Assembly (NCBI GenBank): GCA_963742265.1
Contig: CAVULC010000002.1
Location: forward strand, 243,016 to 307,015
DNA from: an uncultured Acidobacteriota bacterium
Lineage (GTDB): Bacteria; Acidobacteriota; Vicinamibacteria; Vicinamibacterales; 2-12-FULL-66-21
DNA length: 64,000 nt
Direction: 5' to 3'
Shown here in pieces: positions 47,633-56,517 of this stretch. The first letter of the stretch is position 1, and every line of letters starts with the position of its first letter. The translations under genes were made by a program, and so were the position numbers. The notes under the pieces were generated by a model. It worked only from the letters and a program-made list of their open reading frames with translations, had not been told where the DNA came from and did not search any database.

Positions 47633-50228
47633 ATGAACATCAACAAGTACACAGAGAAGGCCCAGGAAGCAGTCATTGCCGCGCAGACGCTGGCGGACCG
47701 CGAAGGGCATCCGGAAATTACGCCAGAGCATCTGCTGCTGACGCTGGTCGAACAGCGGGATGGCATCGTCCCTTCGATCGTGACGAAGATGAATGTCGAC
47801 CCCGCCGCCCTCGCGGTTGCGGTGAGGACCGAGATCGGACGACTGCCGCGCGCGCAGGGAGGATCGCAGCCCTCGATTTCCTCCCGCCTGCGGCGGGTGA
47901 CCAGCTCGGCGGAGTCGGAGGCGGAACGTCTGAAGGACGAGTACGTCAGCACCGAGCACCTGTTTGTCGCGATTGCGAGTGAAGGCGGCCGTTCGGCGTC
48001 GTCGCGGATCCTCGAGCAGCGCGGCATCACGCGGGATGCCATCCTGCAGGCGCTCGCCTCGGTCCGCGGCTCGCAGCGGGTCACCAGTCAGAATCCGGAG
48101 TCGACCTACGAATCGCTGGCGCGCTATGGGCGCGATCTCACCGAGCTCGCGCGCAAAGGCAAGCTCGATCCGGTGATCGGCCGCGACGAGGAGATCCGTC
48201 GCGTGATCCAGGTGCTGTCGCGACGTACCAAGAACAACCCGGTGCTGATCGGCGAGCCGGGCGTCGGCAAAACGGCAGTCGTCGAAGGTCTGGCGCAGCG
48301 GATCGTCCGGCAGGACGTCCCCGAGGGTCTCAAGAACAAGAAGATCTTCGCGCTCGACATGGGCGCGCTCGTCGCCGGCGCGAAGTACCGCGGTGAATTC
48401 GAGGAACGGCTCAAGGCGGTCCTCAAGGAGATCACCGATGCGCAGGGGCAGATCATCCTCTTCATCGACGAGCTCCACACCGTGGTCGGGGCCGGCGCCG
48501 CCGAGGGGGCGATGGACGCCTCGCAGATGCTGAAACCGATGCTCGCCCGGGGCGAGCTGCACACCGTCGGCGCGACGACGCTCGACGAGTACCGGAAACA
48601 TATCGAGAAGGACGCCGCGCTCGAGCGCCGCTTCCAGCCGGTCATGGTCGGCGAGCCGACGGTCGAAGACACGATCAGCATCCTGCGCGGATTGCGCGAG
48701 CGCTACGAGATCCATCACGGGGTGAAGTTCAAGGACTCGGCCCTCGTGGCCGCGGCGGTGTTGTCGCATCGATACATCAGCGACCGCTTTCTGCCTGACA
48801 AGGCGATCGACCTGATCGACGAGGCCGCCTCACGTCTCCGCATGGAGATCGACTCGATGCCGGCGGAGCTCGACGAGGTCCAGCGACGGCTGATGCAGCT
48901 CGAGATCGAACGCGAGGCCTTGCGCAAAGAGAGCGACAAGGCATCGATCGAGCGGCTCGAGCGCCTCGAGAAGGAACTGGCCGACCTGAAGGAACAGAAA
49001 GACCAGCTGACGGCGCACTGGCAACAGGAGAAAGACACGATCCAGCGCGGACGCAAGCTGAAGGAAGAACTGGAGCAGGTGCGCCTCGACATGCAGCGCG
49101 CGCAGCAGGCGGGCGATTACGCCAAAGCGTCCGAGTTGCAATACGGCCGGCTCCCGCAGCTCGAACGCCAGATCCAGGACGAGGAACAGCGGCTGGCTGA
49201 CGTGCAGAAGAACCAGCGGATGCTGAAGGAGGAAGTCGACGAGGAAGACATCGCCGAAGTGGTGAGCCGCTGGACGCACATTCCCATCAGCCGGCTGATG
49301 GAAGGCGAGATCCAGAAGCTGCTCAGGATGGAGGAACGGCTGCATCACCGGGTGATCGGACAGGATGAAGCGATCCGCGCGGTCGCCAACGCCATCCGCC
49401 GGGCCCGCGCCGGACTGCAGGATCCGAATCGACCGCTCGGCAGCTTCATCTTCCTCGGGCCGACAGGTGTCGGCAAAACCGAGCTCGCGCGTGCGCTCGC
49501 CGAGTTCATGTTCGACGACGAGCAGGCGATGATCCGGATCGACATGTCCGAATACCAGGAGAAGCACACGGTGTCGCGGCTGATTGGTGCACCTCCGGGA
49601 TACGTCGGCTACGAAGAGTCAGGCCAGCTGACCGAAACGGTTCGGCGCCGGCCCTACTCCGTCGTCCTGTTCGACGAGGTCGAGAAGGCACACCCGGAAG
49701 TACTCAACGTCATGCTGCAGCTGCTCGACGACGGGCGGCTGACCGACGGGAAAGGACGGACGGTCGACTTCAAGAACACCGTCGTGATCATGACCTCGAA
49801 TATCGGCAGCCACTACATCGCCGCAGGCGGCCGGCGAACCCTCGTTGAGCGAAGGGGTCAAGCGCCAGGTGATGGACGCGCTGCGCGAACACTTCCGTCC
49901 GGAGTTCATCAACCGCGTCGACGAGATCATCGTATTCCACGCGCTGAGCCGCGCCGAGATGCGCGAGATCATCGACATTCAGCTGCGCGGCCTGTTGAAG
50001 CGGCTGGAGGATCGCAAGATCCGGGTCGAGCTCAGCGAAGATGCGAAGGACTTGCTGATCGCGGAAGGATACGATCCGACGTATGGTGCACGTCCCTTGA
50101 AACGCACGATTCAACGCCGGGTGCTGGATCCGCTTGCCATCAAGGTCCTGCAGGGAGAAGTCGGCGAGGGAGAAACGGTCCGCATCGACGCGCCCGCCGG
50201 CGAGCTGGCATTCGAGGCCACGCGCTAA
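47633..50228 (+). CDS. clpB: ATP-dependent chaperone ClpB (1 frame change at about 49830)
   Basis: Clp_N repeats. Walker A motifs [15 protein letters not shown] and [15 protein letters not shown]. Long coiled-coil M-domain. The true C-terminus is in fragment 49845..50228 (..[30 protein letters not shown]..). Confidence 0.93.
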
Positions 50229-52125
50229 ATGGCAGACGAAAAAGCGAAACCGCCGAATCCACGCGGCAAGCGCCACGGGCCGGAGCGTCGCCTCACGCCA
50301 CGCCCGGCCCCCAGCCAGGCGATCTGGATGGTGCTCGGTTTCTTCCTGCTGCTCGCGCTCGGGCAGGCCGTGTTCTTCTCGATGCAGGCCGGGAGCACGA
50401 TCTCCTACAGCGATTTCAAGGCGGCGGTGCGTGCCGGGCGCGTGCAGGAAGTGATCGTGTCGGAGGAAGCGATCCGCGGCACGATGAAGGCGCAGGAGAA
50501 TGCGAAGGCGGAGCCGTTCAACGCCGTCCGGATCGAGGATCCCAAACTGGTCGAAGAGCTCGAAAAGGCCGGCGTGTCGGTACGCGGCGAACGGGCGAGC
50601 CGCTGGATGGGCGAGCTGCTCGGCTGGATCATTCCGCTCGTCTTCTTCGTCGGGCTGTGGGGGTTCTTCTTCCGCCGCATGGGTGGCGCGGAAGGTGGTG
50701 TGATGTCCTTCGCGCGCAGCAAGGCCAAGGTCTATGCCGACGATGATGTCGCCGTTCGCTTCGAGGATGTCGCGGGCGTGGACGAAGCGGAAGAGGAACT
50801 GAAAGAGATCGTCGAGTTCCTGCAAGACGCCGAAGAAGTACACCAGCATCGGCGGCAGGATCCCCAAAGGCGTGCTGCTCGTCGGCCCTCCGGGTACCGG
50901 CAAGACGCTGCTGGCGCGAGCGGTCGCCGGCGAGGCCAAAGTTCCCTTCTTCAGTCTCAGCGGATCCGAGTTCGTGGAAATGTTCGTCGGCGTCGGCGCG
51001 TCACGCGTCCGCGACCTGTTCGCACAGGCCGACGCAAAGGCGCCGTGCATCGTCTTCATCGACGAGCTCGATGCGCTCGGCAAAGTGCGCATCCAGTCAC
51101 CGATGGGCAGTCACGAGGAACGCGAGCAGACGCTCAACCAGCTGCTTGCGGAGATGGACGGCTTCGACGCGCGCAAGGGCGTGATCATCATGGGCGCGAC
51201 CAACCGTCCGGAGGTGCTCGACCCTGCCCTGCTCCGCCCCGGACGGTTCGACCGGCAGGTGCTGGTCGACAAGCCCGACAAGCGCGGACGTGAAGACATC
51301 CTGCGGATCCACGTCAAGACGGTGAAGATCGGCGAAGGAGTGGATCTCAAGATCATCGCGGCCCGGACCGCCGGTTTCGCCGGCGCCGACCTCGCCAATC
51401 TGGTCAACGAGGCGGCGCTGCTCGCGGCCCGTCGCGACAAGACGGCGGTCGACATGAAGGACTTCGACGCAGCGATCGACCGGATCGTCGCCGGCCTCGA
51501 AAAGAAGCGCGTGATGAACGACAAGGAGCGACGGATCGTCGCCTATCACGAATCGGGTCACGCGATCGTCGCCAGCGTGCTGCCCGGACTCGATCCGGTT
51601 CACAAGATCTCGATCGTGGCGCGCGGCTTCGGCGCGCTTGGCTACACGATGCAGCTGCCGCTCGAAGACAAGTACCTGCTCACCCGTGAAGACCTCCTGA
51701 ACCAGCTCTCGGTGCTGCTCGGCGGCCGCAGTGCGGAGGAGATCGCGTTCGGTGAAGTAACTACTGGTGCGCAGAACGATCTAATGAGAGCGACCGATAT
51801 CGCGCGCGCGATGGTCACCGAGTTCGGGATGACCGAGGAGCTCGGCGCGGTGAATTACACCGCGCACAAACGGTCGCAGTTCCTCGAGATGCCGTTCGCG
51901 CCAGAACGCGGCCCCTACGCGGAGGAGACGGCGCTCAAGATCGACAATGCCGTGAAGCAGCTGCTGGTACAGGCGCACCAGACCGCGCGACAGGTCCTGC
52001 GAGAACGTAGGGACGTGCTGGACCGGGTTTCCGCCCGGCTATTGGAGAAGGAAGTAATCGAAGCGGAAGAGCTGCGGACGCTGCTCGACGATACCGCGGC
52101 GGATGGTGGTAATCCTCGTTCCTGA
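50229..52125 (+). CDS. ftsH: ATP-dependent zinc metalloprotease FtsH (1 frame change at about 50840)
   Basis: TAAATG junction with clpB. Two N-terminal TM helices. [34 protein letters not shown], and zinc site HESGHAIVA. Fragments 50229.. and 50872... Confidence 0.93.
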
Positions 52126-52163
52126 GGTCTATATTGGTTCGAATCAGTTGTATACGCTCTGGG

Positions 52164-52191
52164 CCTCTAGCCCTTAGCCCGTAGCTCCAGG
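52164..52191. repeat. short heptamer array (CCTCTAG CCCTTAG CCCGTAG CTCCAGG) downstream of ftsH
   Basis: Read directly. It lies in the 133-nt spacer between ftsH and the response-regulator gene. Confidence 0.6.
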
Positions 52192-52258
52192 CGGAGTGTG
52201 TCCACCTGAGGCGATCGTTCGCTGTCGAACCCATCGTATTGGAGACCGAACGAAACCC

Positions 52259-52926
52259 ATGACCCAGCTGGAACGGTCCATTGACGCTCCCCCCCCATCA
52301 TCCTCCTCGTCGAAGACGACGCAGATACGCGGGAACTCTACCGCGCGGCCTTCGAGCTGGAAGGCTTCTGGATGGCGGAGGCTCCGAGCGCGGACGAGGC
52401 GTTCGAATACGCGCAGGATGTCATGCCCGACGCGATCCTGACCGACATCGGGCTTGACGGCGACGGGAACGGGATCGACTTCGTGCGGCGGTTGAAAGCG
52501 CTCCCGAAGATGAGCGATATCCCGGTGCTCGCGGTCACCGGGCGCGATCTGCGGCGCCTGCCGGAGCACGCCGGGCTGTTCTCCGACATTCTCATCAAGC
52601 CCGTCTTCCCGGACGTGCTGGTAAACAAGGTCCATGACCTGCTGCAGCACTCTGCCGGTTTGCGGATGAGGAGCGCTCAAGCTCGTGAGAAGACACCGGC
52701 ACTCGTCGCGAAATCGGCCGAACTCCTTGAAAAATCCCGCCGGTTGACCGCCGACGGGTCGATAAACGTCGCCCGTGAGTGTCCGAAGTGCGGCACGCCT
52801 TTGACCTGGGCCGAACGGCGGGTGACCCTCGGCGTGGTGTTCGACTACTACCAGCCCTGCGCGCAGGGTTGCGGACTCTTCTGCTACGATCACGGAGGCC
52901 GTAATTTCGTAGCCCTGATTGAATAG
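52259..52926 (+). CDS. response regulator: receiver domain + C-terminal Cys-rich (zinc-ribbon-like) domain (1 frame change in a C8 run)
   Basis: IILLVEDDADTRELY.., DAILTDIGLDGDGNGIDFV, PVLAVTG, ILIKP. C-terminal CPKCGTPLTW..YYQPCAQGCGLFC. The N-terminal MTQLERSIDAPPP joins the receiver frame if the homopolymer at 52289-52296 is one C longer. Confidence 0.8.
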
Positions 52927-54792
52927 CCCGTGCATGACGCTGCCGACTGACGTCGAATATTTCGAACCGATACTCAAGCACCTCGAGCAGACCCGGGGCT
53001 TCGATTTCACCGCCTACAAACCGACCAGCCTGATGCGCCGGCTGGTGCGCCGGATGCAGATGGTGAACGTCGGAAGCTTCGAGCAGTATCTCGACCTGCT
53101 CCAGGTGGACAACGAAGAGTTCACCGCGCTCTTCAACACCATCCTCATCAATGTCACATCGTTCTTTCGTGACAAGGACGTGTGGGACACACTCGCTGCC
53201 GAGATACTCCCGAAGGTATTCTCCGACCGGAATCCGGCGCTGCCCTTCCGCGTGTGGAGCGCCGGGTCCGCTTCCGGACAGGAGGCCTACAGCATCGTCA
53301 TGCTGCTGGCCGAACAACTCGGTCCCGACATCGTGCGCGAGCACGTCAAGGTCTACGCGACCGATCTCGATGAAGACGCGCTGCTCGAAGCACGCCAGGC
53401 GACGTATTCCGCCCGGCAGGTCCAGGGCGTGCCCGCGAATCTGCTGGAGAAGTACTTCGACCGGAGTGGGGACTCGTTTCGTCTTCAATCGCGACCTGCG
53501 GCGCGCGGTAATCTTCGGACAGCACGACCTGGTGCAGGACGCACCGATCTCGCGGCTCGACCTCCTGATTTGCCGCAACACGTTGATGTACTTCAACGCG
53601 GACGCACAGGCGCGGATCCTGGCGCGCTTCTACTTCTCGCTGAACCCGGAGGGGCTGATTCTCCTCGGCCGGGCTGAGATGCTCTTCAGTCATACGGCCA
53701 TGTTCACGCCGGTCGATCTGAAGCGCCGGATCTTCAAGGCCGTCGCCAAGCCGAATCATCGCGACCGCATGCTCTTGCTGGCGCAGACCGGCAGAGACCT
53801 GACCCCGACGGCGGCCCCGAACGAACAGCGCCTGCGCGACGCGGCGTTCGACACCGAAGCCACGGCCCAACTGGTGACCGAGCCGTCCGGCACGATCGTC
53901 GCGGCCAACGCGCGGGCGCGAGAGACGTTTGGCCTGACGAGCAAGGATCTCGGTCGGCCGCTCGACGACCTGGAACTGTCGTACAGACCATCCGACCTGC
54001 GCATGTCGATCGAGCGCGCGCTCAACGAACGGCGGGAAATCAGGGTCGCCGACGTACCCTGGACCCTTCACGGTGACCTGCGGGCCTTTGACATCGTGAT
54101 CACTCCCCTGCTCGGCGACGATCGCTCAGTGCTGGGCTCCAGAATCAGTTTCCAGGATGTCACTGAGCTGAAAGCACTTCGGATCGAGCTGCAGCACTCC
54201 AAGCAGGAGCTCGAGACTGCTTACGAGGAGTTGCAATCGACTAACGAGGAACTCGAGACCACGAACGAAGAGCTCCAGTCGACGGTCGAGGAGCTGGAGA
54301 CGACGAACGAGGAGCTCCAATCGACCAACGAAGAGCTCGAGACGATGAACGAAGAGCTCCAGTCGACGAACGAGGAGTTGCACACCACTAACGAAGAGTT
54401 ACGGAACCGCAGCAGCCGAGTTGAACACCGCGAATGGATTTCTCGAGGCGGTGTTTGCGAGCCTTCGGTCCGCGGTAGTCGTAGTCGATACGGACTTTCA
54501 CGTGCTGGTGTGGAACGATCGCGCGACCGAACTGTGGGGTGTGCAGCAGGCCGAGGCACAGCACAAGCACCTCATGAGCCTGGATATCGGCCTCCCGCTC
54601 GGGGACCTGAGGCAACCCATCCGGGACGTGGCAAACGGCAGCAAAACCACCGCGGAATCTGTATTATCTGCAATCAATCGCCGGGGTAAGTCGTTCGACT
54701 GCCGGGTCGCGTTGACGCCGCTTCGGCAGAATGATGGAAACACCGCCGGTGTGATCATCCTTATGGAAGAAGCCGCAGGGATACCGACATGA
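52919..54792 (+). CDS. cheR: CheR-type protein-glutamate O-methyltransferase fused to PAS - Glu-rich coiled coil - PAS (2 frame changes, about 53480 and 54400)
   Basis: FDFTAYKPTSLMRRLVRRM (CheR_N). FFRDKDVWDTL..FRVWSAGSASGQEAYSIVMLL..VKVYATDLDEDAL..DLLICRNTLMYF (SAM-dependent MTase). PAS (..LVTEPSGTIVAANARARETFGL..). EELQSTNEELETTNEEL coiled coil. Second PAS in fragment 54421..54792. Confidence 0.85.
54225..54402 (+). repeat. about 8.5 tandem 21-nt (heptad) coding repeats encoding NEEL(Q/E)(S/T)T
   Basis: EELQSTNEELETTNEELQSTVEELETTNEELQSTNEELETMNEELQSTNEELHTTNEELRNR. Confidence 0.9.
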
Positions 54793-55364
54793 CAAGCCTT
54801 CATCTACTTACGGTCCGGACCGCGGCGGCAATCGGCCGTCTGTCGGCTCTCCAGAAACGCGCCGAGCGGTTGACCGGTCCGGGAGGCCCGGTCATCAAAC
54901 CGGCACTGAAGGAGTTATCCGATTCGCTCGAAGAGTTGCAGGTGGCCAACGAGCAGCTCCAGCAGCAGGTCGACATGCTGGTGGAGGCGCGGACGTCGGT
55001 GGAGGCGGTTCAGAACCGGTATCTGGAGTTTGTCGACGCCGTTCCGGTCGCGTGTGTGTGGACCGACAGTGACGGACAAATTGTGCAGGCGAACACGGCG
55101 GCGGCTTCGCTGCTCAATGTGTCGAGCCAGCACCTGCAGGGACGGCCGTTGATGTTCTTCATCGTCGATCGTGACAAGTTCCGCGACGCGCAGGCCGCGC
55201 TCAACGGTCAACTCACCTCGGTGGTGGAGATGTCGCTGGCGTTGCGTCCCCGCGAGCGCCGCTCGCGGCAGGTGCGCCTCATCGGCCGCCGTCTTCAGCA
55301 CGATGACCGCCGCTGCTGGTTCATCCAGCAGGATTCCGAAACCGCAGACGCGTCGGCCTCCTGA
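54789..55364 (+). CDS. coiled-coil + PAS domain protein
   Basis: ATGA overlap with the cheR-like stop. LEELQVANEQLQQQVDMLVEARTSVEAVQNRYLEFVDAVPVACVWTDSDGQIVQANTAAASLLNVS..LQGRPLMFFI is PAS-like. Confidence 0.7.
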   Translation: MTSLHLLTVRTAAAIGRLSALQKRAERLTGPGGPVIKPALKELSDSLEELQVANEQLQQQVDMLVEARTSVEAVQNRYLEFVDAVPVACVWTDSDGQIVQANTAAASLLNVSSQHLQGRPLMFFIVDRDKFRDAQAALNGQLTSVVEMSLALRPRERRSRQVRLIGRRLQHDDRRCWFIQQDSETADASAS

Positions 55365-55378
55365 CGCGTATCGATCCG

Positions 55379-56425
55379 CTACCGATCCACTAGATTCGTA
55401 ACCGGCACGACCGGCTCGGCGTTTTCGTCGGGCGATTCGTGTCCGGTCGTGCGATTCACGAGCATCTCGCGCACCACGGCTGCATGCTGCCGCGCTTCTT
55501 TCGCCCGGGCTTCAAACGCGTTCGCCACCCAGCCGTGCTGACGCTCCCGAGCGCGTTCCGCCATTTTCGTCGTGAGGGAGGCGCGCTCTTCCAGAGATCG
55601 GAGCGCCGCCCACAACGCGCGGTCGACCGAATCGGTCTGCGCCGCCAGCATGCTTTCCGAACTGTAGACGTGACCCACTCGACAGCGGAACCTGAGGATT
55701 CCGAGGTCGTCGGTCTCCCACAAGCTGCCGTGACACTCGGGGCAGCTGTAGACCGATAACCGCCCAGGCCGATCCTCGGGTCCGAGTGCGATCAGGGCTT
55801 CTGAGTGGTCAGGCTCGATGGGCGCGAGATGCGGACCCGTCTGCGCGGCGTCCCTCGGTGCTCTTTCGAGCGCAAGGGTCGTGAGCAGGATCGGGATCTC
55901 GCGCAGTGGCAGCACGTGATCGACAGAGACCAGGTTCATCGCGCTTCGCGGCATGCTCGGGGAGAACGCCTCGTCGGGATCCTGCACCACCGCGATTCCG
56001 CCGGCTTCCTTCACCGCAGCCAGACCAGCCGTCCCATCGTCGAGCGCGCCGGTAAGAACGACGCCGACGACCCTGGTGCCGAACGTCCGGGCGGCCGATC
56101 TGAACAGTGGATCGAGTGCTGGACGTACACCATTCTCGGACGGGCCATGCTGCACCCGCACTCGAGTTCCCTCTACCGTCAGATGGTGATCGGGAGGGGC
56201 CACGTAGATGTGCCCGTAGTGCAGTTCGTCACCGTCGTGCGGGTGTGTCGCCGGGAGTCGCGACACGCGCGAAATGATGTCAGGCAGGACGCTCCGGCCG
56301 CGTGAGATGTGGAGCACCACGAGCACCGCGGCGCGAAGGTCACGCGGCAGCCCGGCGAGCACGGTGGTGATTGCCTCGACCCCACCGGCCGAGGCGCCGA
56401 TCACGACAATATCGTGTGTGTTCAC
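55379..56425 (-). CDS. cheB: CheB-type protein-glutamate methylesterase catalytic domain (no receiver domain) + C-terminal Cys-containing/helical extension
   Basis: IVVIGASAGGVEAITTVLAGLP (active-site Ser region), HIYVAPPDHHL, VGVVLTGALDDGTAGLAAVKEAGGIAVVQDP. Extension YSCPECHGSLWE..FRCRVGHVYS. Confidence 0.85.
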   Translation of the reverse strand: MNTHDIVVIGASAGGVEAITTVLAGLPRDLRAAVLVVLHISRGRSVLPDIISRVSRLPATHPHDGDELHYGHIYVAPPDHHLTVEGTRVRVQHGPSENGVRPALDPLFRSAARTFGTRVVGVVLTGALDDGTAGLAAVKEAGGIAVVQDPDEAFSPSMPRSAMNLVSVDHVLPLREIPILLTTLALERAPRDAAQTGPHLAPIEPDHSEALIALGPEDRPGRLSVYSCPECHGSLWETDDLGILRFRCRVGHVYSSESMLAAQTDSVDRALWAALRSLEERASLTTKMAERARERQHGWVANAFEARAKEARQHAAVVREMLVNRTTGHESPDENAEPVVPVTNLVDR

Positions 56426-56470
56426 GGTCCGGTCCCCTGCATGTTATACGCCCGTTTTTTCCTTGGCGAG

Positions 56471-56512
56471 GTTAGACTCTCGCTGGCCGTTTTGGCCACG
56501 TGGGGGTCTAAC
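56471..56512 (+). other. nested hairpin in the 5' leader of the CarboxypepD_reg paralog B gene
   Basis: GTTAGAC tctcgc TGGCC gtttt GGCCA cgtgggg GTCTAAC. It ends 5 nt before the ATG (56518). Confidence 0.4.
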
Positions 56513-56517
56513 TGACC

